A DNA stretch of 63,063 nucleotides, the filler included, from Octopus bimaculoides (lineage: Eukaryota): NCBI RefSeq assembly GCF_001194135.2. It is 4 parts of 4 records of this genome, joined end to end, with 100 filler letters (N's around TTAATTAATTAA, not from the genome) between each part and the next. Parts side by side here need not be neighbours in the genome. Positions count along the whole stretch, not along the records: positions 28,934 to 58,224 come from NC_068982.1; positions 58,325 to 61,769 come from NW_026295268.1; positions 61,870 to 63,063 come from NC_068986.1; 1 more part is not named here. The stretch is one strand, 5' to 3'. The notes under the pieces are model-generated. The model saw nothing but the letters and a program-made list of their open reading frames with translations, had not been told where the DNA came from and ran no database searches. This document shows positions 50,282-63,063 of this stretch, piece by piece. A program made the position numbers and the translations under genes. Within the stretch, counting starts at the first letter, position 1, and every line of letters starts with the position of its first letter.

Positions 50282-53212
50282 ATATAAAACTTATGTACAT
50301 TCAGATCTTTAAAACATAGATGAGAAACCGATTAATTTTTCTGAATGCAAAATATTCCGGTTTGTTGCTTAAGAAACAAAATCGCCCAATTATTAAATTG
50401 GAAAATATTATCCTTTCAACTAAAGGCACAAAACTTGAAATTTGGTGGGGTAGGGACTAGTCGATTACATCGACCCCAGTACGCAACTGGTACTTAATTC
50501 ATCAATCCCCAAAAGATGAAAGGCAAATTCGACCTCAGAGGAATTTGAACTCAGAACGTAACGACGAACGAAATTGGCATATATTATCCTTTCAAGTAAA
50601 GGCACAAAGCTCGAAATTTGGTGGTGTTGGTATTAATCGATTACATAGACCCCAGTGTTTCACTTGTACTTAATTTATCGACCCCGAAAAGATGAAAGGC
50701 AAATTCAACCTCGGCAGAATTTGAACTCAGAACGTAACGACGAGCGAAATACTGCTAAGCATTCCGTCCAGCGTGCTAACGATTCTGCCAATTCGCCGCC
50801 TTAAGTATTAATAGAAAGAAAAAATGCATTCGAATTTCAGTAGTGTTTAAACCCGCTATTATTTCACACTAATAAAGATTTGATATATTTTAGTTTATTA
50901 GGAGCGTTCATGCTGAAAGAATCTAATTCTGACAAATAAATCTTAAGTAAAGATTTTTTTCTCCCATTTATCTGCAATAAAATACAGGATTATAAACAAA
51001 TATCTTGTTAATAGTGACATACTGACCACTAAAAACAATTTTACCAGAAATAATTCCATTCTTACTTGATATTCTGGCGAGATGTAATTTGCTGTTTAGC
51101 AGCAAATTATTTCAAACAAGAATCTTAAGTGAGAATGGAATTATTTAAGGTGAAATAGAAATGAGATTAGATTAAATTAGGCTATATCATGGGGTTTAAA
51201 CAATATACCAAATTTATTCTTTCCTTATATTGAATTTCTGCTAATCGGCTCTTGATGAAAAGGAAAAGAGAATAAATCCACATTTTGGGTACATAGCTAG
51301 TTAATAGATAAATAGATAAATAAATATGATAGGCAGTATTGGTTTTAGTTAACTGTTTTTGATTTTAGTATTAGATGTGTCAAATCTAAAACGGTTGTAT
51401 TTTAATCTAGGTTAATTATAGCAGAGTAAGCGAATTTTACAATATTTGTGTTAGATATTTTATGATATTTGTGGACAAGGAGGAAAATGTTTATTAAGTG
51501 AAGATTATTGTCTATAGAGCTTGTTTCTTTCAATCTATGAAGAGGATTATACGAACACAGATATAAAAAAAAAATAGAATGTAGGATAGTTTATCTTTAA
51601 ACCCAATCTTTACCCAGGCCTTATTGTAATATGACGAATAATCATTAAAACATAGTTCATTAGTAGAATTGCCGAGACAACTAAGTAAGATACTCTTAAT
51701 TAAGTTTTTGGCGATATTTCTAGGATGGTTGCGCTATCTATTTATATAATTTACCGATCTGTTTGGTTTATAGTAAGAGGAGTAAAGACAAATATTTAGA
51801 TAAGTGTTGCTATTAGCCTCTGAGATTGTAAATAAAACTTAGTTTTTAAAGAAAAGATGACCTTTCCCAATTTTGTCAGTTTGTTGGTTAGAATTCATTT
51901 GTATTAATGAATCATCTTCTCAGTATAATCTACAATCAATAATGGGAAATCTTTATTCTAGTTCATGTAACAAAAGCAACTAAGTTAAAACAGTAACTAC
52001 AGTCGAGTCACCAGCTCCTATACTGATACCAAGGAAAGCTCAAGATCATTTGTTTGGCAAATTCTTGAGCTCAGCCAGGCACTTATTTCATCGGGTAACC
52101 ACAAGAGATCTTTTATGGACTTCTGGTGCGTATAAGTATTCGTGTTTATATCGCTAGCGGGAGATAATCGTCAGTGTCAACATCGGGACTACGAGATCAC
52201 ATGATTTCGGCCATTCCTGGCCTTGTCAATGCTAGACGCCCGACACCAGAGACAGTAGCGATTCCTCTGTCAGCGATATACATACAACCTCAGTTTCTAA
52301 CCAGACACTGGTGTTGCAGATAACCGGTGGGCTCAACACAACATGCACTTTTAAATGAGGATAAATATTCTTTTCTACTCTAGGCACAAGGCCCGAAATG
52401 TTTTGGGTTGGGGGGGGGGTCATTCGATTAGATCAACCCCAGTATGCAACTGGTACTTAATTTATCGACCCCGAAAGGATGAACGGCAAAGTCGACCTCG
52501 GCGAAATTTGAACTCAGAACGTTAAGACAGATGAAATACCGCTAAGCATTTCGCCCGGCGTGCTAACGTTTCATATTTTTTTATTGCCCACAAAGGGCTA
52601 AACATAGAGGGGACAAACAAGGACAGACAACGGGATTAAGTCGACTAGATCGATCCCAGTGCGTAATTGGTACTTAATTTATCGACCCCGAAAGGATGAA
52701 AGGCAAAGTCGACCTCGGCGGAATTTGAACTCAGAACGTAACGGCAGACGAAATACTGACAAGTATTTCGCCCGGCGTGCTAACGTTTCTGCCAACTCGC
52801 TGCCTTAGGAGTGAAGAATATTACCACAGGAAAATAGGTAGACATGTATACAACTGTCCTAAATTACGAAAGATAAACGTGGCTACAGCGAGATTTGAAC
52901 CCAGGTTAATAAGGCATTTTATCAGATACCCTAACAACTTCGCCAGTTTTTCACGCTATCGTTTTTCTGTAAATCATTGTTCCACAACCACTCAAAACCC
53001 ACTGATGCTGGTTTGATGCGTGTTTAGTTTGTGTTGCTCACGTTCAAGAGGTGAATGATGCATGCGTGTGTACGCGAACCTCTGTGTAGTGTGTGAGTTT
53101 GCGCATGCACTCACATGCACACGCAGACGCGAGCACATATACATATGCTTGAATAAGCGCATATCTAAACATATTTGTCTAAACAATATATACTTTCAAA
53201 ATACACACATAC

Positions 53213-53250
<38 letters not shown>

Positions 53251-54348
53251 NNNNNNNNNNATATATATTGAAATATATATTCATGTATATTCATGTATAA
53301 TTATATATGTATGTATATATATGTGTGTGTTAGTGTGTGTTAGTGTGTGTTAGTGTGTGTGTGTATGTAATACTTCACTTCGTTGGTAATAGACATGTTT
53401 GTGTATTTGGTATCAGACAGAAAACACACACACTGCACACAGACACACATATACACATGCATACAAGCACACACACACACGAACACATATTGTAGAATTT
53501 AGACAAAAACATCGTTTTATCATGGAATCTCATGTACCGTCGTTAGTGTATTGATTATAAAGTATCGGCTCCACACCACGCCATTTCCAAGACGGAATAT
53601 TTTGGGTTTACGTTTAAATTGACAAAATCTTAGAAGAAAACGAGAACAAAAAAACAAAAAATAAACCTAAAAAAAACATACAAAAACAAACCAACCAGCA
53701 AACGTAACGCGCTGGTGCTAAATGCTTGTTTCAACAGTGAACAAATTAGAATCGATATCAGATAAAAAAAAAAATAATAATAATAAAGAGTATAGAAATA
53801 AAAGATAAATGATAAAAATAAAAAACAAAAAATAAAAACAAAATATATAAAAAAGTAAAAATGCGAAATGATGTTTTGAGAAACTAGTCAATAGAATTCT
53901 CCACGAAATCTACTTACTTCGGTTCATTTTGGTACGCTTGAATTCTCTGTTGGCATTTTAGTTCGCACTGGAGATAATTCCTAACGCAACACTTCTTAAA
54001 TGAGATACAGTTTTTCATATCAGCAGGGGTTTTGTTGTGTTTTTTTTTGTTATTACTGTTGTTGCTGTTGTTGATATTGTTGAGTTGTTTGCGTCCTTCT
54101 TCTTCTGTTGTTGTTTTTTTTCTTTTTCCTTTTCGTTTTTCTCTTTCTTTTGTAGTTTTTTTCTGGTCGCTGTTTAGCACTTTTCTTTTGATAAGTTGTT
54201 TCGTTAATTTGTAGAATTGAACTTTTTAACCACCTCATCACCGCTGCTGCCGCCGTTGCCCGATGGGCTTCAAGAACGCAACAGAACCCTTCTTCGTCTT
54301 TCTGTGTTATTCTTTGAATCATTATAGAGAAATCATCATCATCATCTT

Positions 54349-54419
<71 letters not shown>
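54349..54419. repeat. (CTA)n microsatellite running into a gap
   Basis: Directly visible. Confidence 0.98.
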
Positions 54420-56027
54420 NNNNNNNNNNNNNNNNNNNNNNNNNNNNNNNNNNNNNNNNNNNNNNNNNNNNNNNNNNNNNNNNNNNNNNNNNNNNNNNNN
54501 NNNNNNNNNNNNNNNNNNNNNNNNNNNNNNNNNNNNNNNNNNNNNNNNNNNNNNNNNNNNNNNNNNNNNNNNNNNNNNNNNNNNNNNNNNNNNNNNNNNN
54601 NNNNNNNNNNNNNNNNNNNNNNNNNNNNNNNNNNNNNNNNNNNNNNNNNNNNNNNNNNNNNNNNNNNNNNNNNNNNNNNNNNNNNNNNNNNNNNNNNNNN
54701 NNNNNNNNNNNNNNNNNNNNNNNNNNNNNNNNNNNNNNNNNNNNNNNNNNNNNNNNNNNNNNNNNNNNNNNNNNNNNNNNNNNNNNNNNNNNNNNNNNNN
54801 NNNNNNNNNNNNNNNNNNNNNNNNNNNNNNNNNNNNNNNNNNNNNNNNNNNNNNNNNNNNNNNNNNNNNNNNNNNNNNNNNNNNNNNNNNNNNNNNNNNN
54901 NNNNNNNNNNNNNNNNNNNNNNNNNNNNNNNNNNNNNNNNNNNNNNNNTTATGGATTTCTTTTTTTTTTAAAGAAGACTAAGAGAAAAAGATGTTTTATA
55001 TGACACATTCTACCAGTGTTCCAAGTTTCAAAGTGTTTCGTTAATGAAAAATGTGGCCCCCGTTTTAAAAAAGATCCCATTTGTGTATCCAATGCGCATT
55101 GTGTATAGAATTTAATAGAAGGGACTTGTGTGGAAGCCCACCGAGTGTGTACGCGCGCGCACGTGTATATGTTCTGGGAGTGACTTTCTCTCTCTCTCTC
55201 TATCCTTCTCTCCTGCAGTCTCTCGCTCCCTTTCTGAATTGGCTATAGTGATCTGCAGTAGGATTGCTGGGTGGAGGTGGGGGGCAATCACAAGTATCTG
55301 AGATTTTACAAAGGTTGTAAGACCTTACTGATTTATGATTATATAAATAAAAAATAAATAAATATCCAGATAGCTAAGGGACCCCAGAGCATTCTAACAC
55401 TACCTGGACAAGATCCTCCAAGAAGTTTCAGATAAACCACTGACACACGAATACATTTTGTCAAACAACGTGTATGTATATATGTATATATATATGATAA
55501 TACAAATGATATGTGAGCATATGCATATATACATACATATATGTACATACCTATATCTACATGTATATATAGATGCATATCCGGGTACAGGACGTCAAAA
55601 AAACGTGGACATAAAAGGAACGGGAACATAAACAAGGCACAAAAAAACGAACTTTTTTTACGGACAACAGAATGAACACATAGGAAAACAGACGAGCCAC
55701 TTATGGAACTTTTCCTTCATCAGCTGCCTCTATTCTAAACTAGGCATTTCGAAGATGACGCAGAACGCGCTCTTAGAATAGCTCTTCTCGCAAAGCAAAT
55801 TAAGTAAGACCTGCTATGCGGAGGTTTCCAAAGTGGCAAACAGAAACCAAGACAAGTGAAAACAAACGTTGAGGGCCGTTAAGCCGAACGAGATGAGATA
55901 CTGAACGCTGTGATGTGACGAACTTGAGCAGAGAGAGATAGCAGTTCGTGCTGGCCGAATGGAGAAACGAAGAACTGCTCACTCGTGTATGCATGTATGT
56001 ATGTATGTATGTATGTATGTATGTATG

Positions 56028-56099
<72 letters not shown>

Positions 56100-56599
56100 T
56101 ACATATATACATACACGAGTGGGCTATGGTGTCTTAAGACATAACTTAACTCACTCATTCCATCAAATCGACATTACCTGCACAGGTGCACTGTGTGTCA
56201 CGCGTCAGGTATCGAAGTATATCGCAGCGCAACATGAGATGGAGTGTTTTGTTCAAGAACACAACGCTCCACTCGGTCTAGGAATTGAAACTACGATCTC
56301 GCAATCGTGAGTCCAACACCCTAACGACTAGGCCATGCAACCTCATATATATGAAGAATTAATAATAAATTGAGAAGTTACTTTGTTGCTGTTGCTGTTA
56401 TTGTATAGTTCCAGGTTAACGTTGATCTAGTAGAGATATGATCAAGGCACTCTAGCCGTGACCGTTCTACAAATATTCAATATAACATGTTATCTTATGT
56501 ATCTTTTCTGTCTTAAGACGTTTAAGATGTAATGTAAGGCGATTTGATTGCTGATTTTAAGATGTCATATTATTAAGTAGGGTTTTTCACATTGTGAAA

Positions 56600-56900
56600 A
56601 CGTGTGCTTTTGTTTAAGAGATGCGGTAGACCCAACTGTAGTATATGTTTTAATCTGACAGAAGGATCGGAGACCCGTTTTAAACAAGGACACCTCTTCA
56701 GAATTAAAAAAAACCCAACTTTACCTCTTCATCTAAGCCCTAATTTATGCAGTTACATGCTCAATATGAGTAGAGCATTACATAGGACAAATCAGAGAGT
56801 CTCTAAGACAATCCAAAACTTTACAAAGACCACAAATACAAACACAGACAAATCAGATTCAGTGAACATATAGACACATGTACAGGTAAGAAATTTCCAA
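56600..56900 (+). mobile_element. Penelope-like element fragment, Cys-rich linker preceding the GIY-YIG endonuclease
   Basis: CGRPNCSICFNLTEGSETRFKQGHLFRIKK resembles the PLE C..PRC..C..I..G....F..G..F.IK linker. Confidence 0.55.
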
Positions 56901-56964
56901 ATTTTACGATTTCTCCCCTTTATCAATTTAGCGATTAGACAACACAATAACTTATCAGTGAAGA

Positions 56965-57950
56965 AACAACCGTTATCGGGGTAAAACAAGGTGTTATTTC
57001 TGCGCCAACCCATTTTTCTATATATTTTTCTGTAATTGTATCGTACGCTTTCCAGGACAGCGATATCAGCATCTACATTCGTTTCAGTACCACAGGTAAG
57101 GTCTTTGATGAAAAACGCTTCAGTTCCTTTATGCTGACGACGTAATTTTCGTTGCTCACTATGAAGAAGTCATGGTGGCTATAATTCATTTCTTCTTAAC
57201 AGCATGTGCTTATTTTACATTTACCATCAATCTGAAGACAAAGGTTATGCTCTTTCCGCCACTAGGCCAGACCTATGTCGAACTTAACATCCAGGGTACA
57301 AGTTTGGATGTGGTTGACTCTTTCGTCCACCTTGGCAGCATCCTCTCTAGAGATGGATTCCCCGATTCTTAAATAAATCTGAGGATCGAAAAAGCAAGCA
57401 AAACACTTAAAAATCTTGAAAATCGTGTATGGTGTAACAGCAGCATTACCATAAAAGCCAAGTTCACCAGCTATGAATGATGTGTCTTAACTGCGCATTT
57501 ATACTCTTTCAAGATTTGGATTACACATCGTCGTCGCATGAAGGCTTTGGAAAGATTCCATCAGTCTTGACTTAGAAGGATCTTAAACATCTACTGGCAG
57601 TCTCTAACACCAAACACTGTTGTTCTTCAGCAATCCAACACATTCAGTATTGAAATTCTCCTTATACTCAAGCAAATGAGGTTGGGCTGAGTAGCGCACT
57701 AAAATAGAGGATAAAAGGTTATCTAAGAAGTTGATTTACGGGGAGTTGTAACGTGTAAATAGCCAAGGCATAAACCTAAGAAACGTCTTAGGGATGCCGT
57801 CTATAGCAGCCTTGAGGCTCTTAGTGTGAATGGGAGCAAATGACGGAAGAGCGATTGCTTTGGAAAAGAAGTGATTTACAATGGCCGTAAGTATTTGAAG
57901 CACCGAGAATTGAACGATCCACCTTGAAACGAGGACTTCGTAAAACCGGA
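56965..57950 (+). mobile_element. Decayed RTE (BovB-like) LINE RT and C-terminal region
   Basis: GVKQGVISAP; LDVVDSFVHLGSILSRDG; INLRIEKAS...LENRVW; ERFHQS.LRRILNIYWQ. Confidence 0.85.
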
Positions 57951-58159
57951 TTTGACTCCAATCCCAGGCACTTTTTTGCTCGAAAATGTTTATAATACCT
58001 GCAGTAGGATCTCTTTATTCAAAAGCAGACTTGCTGCTCACATGAGACCTCATGACAGCATTTACTAATTGAAGAGATAGATGGCCTTTCTAAAGAAGCG
58101 ATAATCCATATACATACATAGATACATACATAAATACATACAAATATGCGTACATGTAT

Positions 58160-58224
<65 letters not shown>

Positions 58225-58890
58225 NNNNNNNNNNNNNNNNNNNNNNNNNNNNNNNNNNNNNNNNNNNNTTAATTAATTAANNNNNNNNNNNNNNNNNNNN
58301 NNNNNNNNNNNNNNNNNNNNNNNNTATACATCTATGTCTGTGTGTATGTACATAAGTATTGTCATATGAAAGATGTCTCTAACCTATCGATGATTGAACG
58401 ATGAAACCCCAAAAGAAGTAAATATATGATTCCATACACAAATAATTATACGGAAACCAAATTACCTTATGCATATATATAGGTACAGACTGATTCAACA
58501 TAGGTACTTTCATATATATGTTTTATATGCATACATGCATCTTTTATATACATATATATTTTGTGTATGTGTGTGTGTGTTTGAAAAGCTGAATCAGCGA
58601 AAAACGCTTAACATGAAAACTCCCTTCCATAAGGTGTATGTCATTCTGTTTCTTAACTCTTTATTTTATATAAATGCATGTATATTTGTATAGGTCACTT
58701 CAGTCACTGAGAATTGATGAACTAGAGAATTCAATATGTACACAGATATACAGGAAGTAAATAGACAGCTTTAATTTTCAAAATTTCTGATCTAAGCGTC
58801 TTAATATGTTTTCAGCCGTGTAGAATTTACAATGTAATTATTCTTTTTCTTTCCAGGCGCCATTATATTAAATCTTTCCGAAGAGTAACC

Positions 58891-59333
58891 ATGCCACGCA
58901 CAAAAAATTCAGCAGAACTGTCAGATTTTCAAAGAGGTCGTATTGTTGGGCAATCTGAGGCTTGTCTTAGCCAGTGAAAAATTACCAACCATCTTCAAAT
59001 TCCTCTTGCTATTGTTAATAGAATTATAGTGCAATTCAAAAGCCAAGGAAAAGAATCAACAGATTCTCGTCCCGGCCGACCTGGGCCCTCGGAAAGGAAG
59101 CTCCGCTGTTAGAAGAGAATTGTGGTAAACGAACCCCGTTCGAAGGCTTCTGACATTGTAAAACTGCTAGAAGTTAGTCCAAGAACGTGTGTTACACATC
59201 TGCATAAGCTTGGGTATTATGGACGAGCAGCTAGAAGAAAACCTCTCTTTCAACCAATTAATATCATGAAAAGAAAGAAATGGGCTAAGGACATGTCAGA
59301 AAAATCTATTTAATTTTGGGATAGAGTGATTTT
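58891..59333 (+). mobile_element. Tc1-family transposase N-terminal half, truncated by a SINE
   Basis: MPRTKNSAELSDFQRGRIVG...RPGRP...LHKLGYYGRAARRKPL...KRKKWAKD....FWDRVIL, with in-frame stops. Confidence 0.9.
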
Positions 59334-59578
59334 GTGGCCTAATGGTTAGGGTGTCAGCACCATGATCGTAAGATTGTGGTTTCGATTCCTGGACCAGGCG
59401 TCGCGTTGTGTTCTTGAGCAAAACACTTCATTTCACGTTGCTCCAGTCCACTCAGCTGGCAAAAATGAGTAATGCTGCGATGGACTGGCGTCCTGTCCAG
59501 CTGGGGAAGACATACGCCATAGATACCGGAAAACCGGACCCCTGAGCCTGGCTAGGCTTAAAAAAGGGCGCAATTATT
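59334..59578 (+). mobile_element. tRNA-headed SINE family D
   Basis: gtggcctaatggttagggtgtcagcaccatgatcgtaagattgtggtttcgattcctggaccaggcg...ttcttgagcaaaacacttcatttcac. Confidence 0.8.
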
Positions 59579-61442
59579 TATTTATTTGCTCTACTTCATG
59601 CGCTGCGCATGATACATATATTCGGATATGTTTTACAATTTCTACATTGTGAATATCTTTGTATATATATAAGTTCTGTGTACATGTATGCATATGTATG
59701 ATGTACATGTTTGTAGCTTAACGAACGGAGACGTAAACAAAGAGAGAAGTGAAAGTAGAGATAGGCACCTGGTCATCCAATGAGTGATAGAAGCGTTCAG
59801 TGATAATGGAGAAGAGTTAATATCATGGCAATATCACAGCAGAGAATGAGAATCTTTTTAATATAAGGTTTCAAATAATTGAGAGAATTAGGTGATAGAA
59901 ATTCTATCAAAGTTAGATATAATCAACAACAAGAAACTGTGGATAATAAAGAAACCATTCCAATGAAATCGCATAGAATATCAGCATAATGTATAGATCA
60001 TATACACTGATATAAAGATGTGCATGTATGTTATTCTCAAGAATTACTGAACATCGCTTTACATATNNNNNNNNNNNNNNNNNNNNNNNNNNNNNNNNNN
60101 NNNNNNNNNNNNNNNNNNNNNNNNNNNNNNNNNNNNNNNNNNNNNNNNNNNNNNNNNNNNNNNNNNNNNNNNNNNNNNNNNNNNNNNNNNNNNNNNNNNN
60201 NNNNNNNNNNNNNNNNNNNNNNNNNNNNNNNNNNNNNNNNNNNNNNNNNNNNNNNNNNNNNNNNNNNNNNNNNNNNNNNNNNNNNNNNNNNNNNNNNNNN
60301 NNNNNNNNNNNNNNNNNNNNNNNNNNNNNNNNNNNNNNNNNNNNNNNNNNNNNNNNNNNNNNNNNNNNNNNNNNNNNNNNNNNNNNNNNNNNNNNNNNNN
60401 NNNNNNNNNNNNNNNNNNNNNNNNNNNNNNNNNNNNNNNNNNNNNNNNNNNNNNNNNNNNNNNNNNNNNNNNNNNNNNNNNNNNNNNNNNNNNNNNNNNN
60501 NNNNNNNNNNNNNNNNNNNNNNNNNNNNNNNNNNNNNNNNNNNNNNNNNNNNNNNNNNNNNNNNNNNNNNNNNNNNNNNNNNNNNNNNNNNNNNNNNNNN
60601 NNNNNNNNNNNNNNNNNNNNNNNNNNNNNNNNNNNNNNNNNNNNNNNNNNNNNNNNNNNNNNNNNNNNNNNNNNNNNNNNNNNNNNNNNNNNNNNNNNNN
60701 NTATTTATATGTGTATATATATACTATTTTACTTGTTTCAGTCATGCTGAAGCACCGCCTTTAGTCGAGCAAATCGACCCCAGGACTTATTCTTTGTAAG
60801 CCTTGTATTTATTCTATCGGTCCCTTTTGCCGAACCGCTAAGTTACGGGGACGTAAACGCACCAGCATCGGTTGTCAAGCGATGTTGGGGGACAAACACA
60901 GACACACAAACATATACACACACATATATATACATGTACATATATATATATATATACGACGGGCTTCTTTCAGTTTCCGTCTCCCAAATCCAGTCACAAG
61001 GCTTTGTCTGTGTTTGTGTCCCTATCATCGCTTGACAACAGACGCTGGCGTGTTTACGTGGTTGCGGTTCTACAAAAGCGACCGATAGGAGAAGTACTAG
61101 GCGTACAAAGAATAAGTCCTAGGAATCTATTTGTTCGACTAAAGGCGGTGCTCCAGCATGGCCGCAGTCAAATGAGTGAAACAAATAAATGAATAAAAAG
61201 ATAACAGCATGTAATAAGCCATTGAAGAAAATGGCAGATCGACATTTCAAGATGTAGTCGGCATGAAAATGTTTGAGAAAGGCTGAAAGATAAGGGTTTC
61301 AAACTATTATATTTGTACGTGTGTATATATACGTATGTATGCGTATATATATGGGAGAATATACAAATAATAACAACAGACGAGGACAGGTGGTGTAAAT
61401 AACAAAAGTATATATTAGTATGACGCTCTGGAATACGGAAAG

Positions 61443-61479
61443 TCTTTGACGTTTCGAGCTACGCTCTTCAACAGAAAGA
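61443..61479 (-). ncRNA. Minimal type I hammerhead-like motif with variant core CUGUUGA
   Basis: UCUUU CUGUUGA A GAGC GUA GCUC GAAA CGUC AAAGA: 5-bp stem I, 4-bp stem II, palindromic ACGU stem III, GUC cleavage triplet. Confidence 0.7.
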
Positions 61480-61539
61480 ATACGGAGACAAGGAGAAAAA
61501 CATGGAGAAAAAAAAATTGAATAGTGTTCAGTCAACGGT

Positions 61540-61614
<75 letters not shown>

Positions 61615-61735
61615 CACATATATACATACATACTACATACATACATACATGTATGTACGTATAACATATATATTAAATTTCGTATACATATACAGATATA
61701 TCATTACGTATTGTATACCTGTGTGTTTGTTTGTT

Positions 61736-61769
<34 letters not shown>

Positions 61770-62399
61770 NNNNNNNNNNNNNNNNNNNNNNNNNNNNNNN
61801 NNNNNNNNNNNNNTTAATTAATTAANNNNNNNNNNNNNNNNNNNNNNNNNNNNNNNNNNNNNNNNNNNNTTGTGAATCAGTGACCGCGTCTACAAGTGAT
61901 GGTGTGCGAGAGTCTAGTGTAAGTGAAAGTGATGCAGAAAACGATTATTATAATATTTTTTCATTATAAATAATCTTGATATTCTTTTTACTTTTACATA
62001 GAATATCTTTTGCATTCTACTGTTGTTTTATTGCCATTTATTTACGAGTATTATAAATTTTATAGGTAAAATATTTTTCTGGGAACAAACCACAATTTAT
62101 AACATTGCTACTATGGGAAATTATTGCTCTGCTTTACGAGTAGTCTCCGGGAACAAACTGACTCGTATATCGAGTCATTACTGTATATATATTTGCGATT
62201 ACGTAAATAAAAAGGGAACAAGAAATTGTGTTATAAACTTCATTAGCCAATGAAATTCATTTCATAATTCCTAATTCCTTTGTCATTTACGTAACCTCTT
62301 GTGTGTGTGTGTGATCTGTGGGAGGAAATGTTTGAGTCGTGCAGGATTGGTCAGCCATCAGAAAAAGTCACTGGATTCAAAAGCTTGAATATTGTGATA

Positions 62400-62585
62400 C
62401 GGCTGTTGATCACAATAGAACATGTATGACCTGTGGAAAGGCGTGTTTTCAGTTGTCGGGTTAAAAAGTCATTTCAAAAGATTTCATATTGTGACACCTG
62501 TTACCATTGCCAGCCAACACAGCTGTGCATTATGCAATAAAATGTACAAATCTTTGGCCAGGCTTCAAGAGTCATATAAAGGCCT
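62400..62585 (+). pseudogene. Two C2H2 zinc-finger remnants (frameshifted), probably the C-terminus of an RTE-type LINE
   Basis: TCMTCGKACF/SVVGLKSHFKRFH and HSCALCNKMYKSLARLQ, joined across one frameshift. Confidence 0.55.
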
Positions 62586-62746
62586 CACATTGCATCATCA
62601 ATGACTCATTTCAGTGATTCTTTCTAGCAATAGTTTTGCTCGTATACGTTATATATGTTGTGCCTAGAGTAGAAAAGAGTTTTCAATTACTATTATCTTT
62701 CTTCAATAAGAGTGGAGAATATTTGTAAATATAGACAAATAATTGT

Positions 62747-62819
<73 letters not shown>

Positions 62820-63004
62820 GTTGGTAGGGGAAGTTAATGGACGGACAGGGATGGATTGAGTTACATTGGGTTTAAGACAAAAGTGATCGATAAAATAAGT
62901 CTCAGGCTTACAAAATAAGTTTTAGGGTCGATTTATTTGCCCCAAAATTCAAGGCAGTGCTCCAGCATGGCCGCAGTCAAATGACTGACAAACTAAAAGA
63001 ATAG

Positions 63005-63063
<59 letters not shown>

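Noticed and set aside
62400-62585. C2H2 fingers as a member of the octopus C2H2-ZNF expansion
   Set aside because: They are frameshifted, lack TGEKP linkers, and match the pattern of LINE C-terminal fingers better.

Overview
Eukaryotic, AT-rich, gap-ridden draft scaffold. It is dominated by microsatellites ((TA)n, (GA)n, (GATA)n, (AAT)n, (TATG)n), tRNA-headed SINEs and decayed transposons, and the repeat repertoire strongly resembles an Octopus (coleoid cephalopod) genome. Only one host gene can be identified with confidence: the three 3' coding exons of a 5'(3')-deoxyribonucleotidase (NT5M/NT5C family) on the minus strand (25781-25844, 19547-19661, 18912-19069), with clean GT-AG sites and consistent phases. 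Its 5' exons carrying the catalytic DxD motif were not found. A few unidentified candidate exons lie on the plus strand at 4.9-13.8 kb. Mobile elements include Tc1/mariner (maT/rosa-like, mariner, Tc1), a hAT MITE with an 8-bp TSD, R4/Dong-like RLE LINEs embedded in (AAT)n, RTE and CR1/L2-like LINEs, and Penelope-like (PLE) fragments. The most interesting signals are structured RNA elements: (i) minimal hammerhead ribozyme motifs, including a two-copy family with a non-canonical CUGUNGA core; (ii) a nested palindrome carrying a hammerhead on each strand around a 90-bp-arm hairpin; (iii) a CpG-rich 55-bp tandem repeat whose units fold into two hairpins, next to a PLE RT; (iv) several long foldbacks, one about 100 nt inside an NT5M intron, that are candidate dsRNA/ADAR substrates. 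Almost all ORFs in the supplied track are microsatellite or gap artefacts. All alignments and folds were done by eye; no database search was run.
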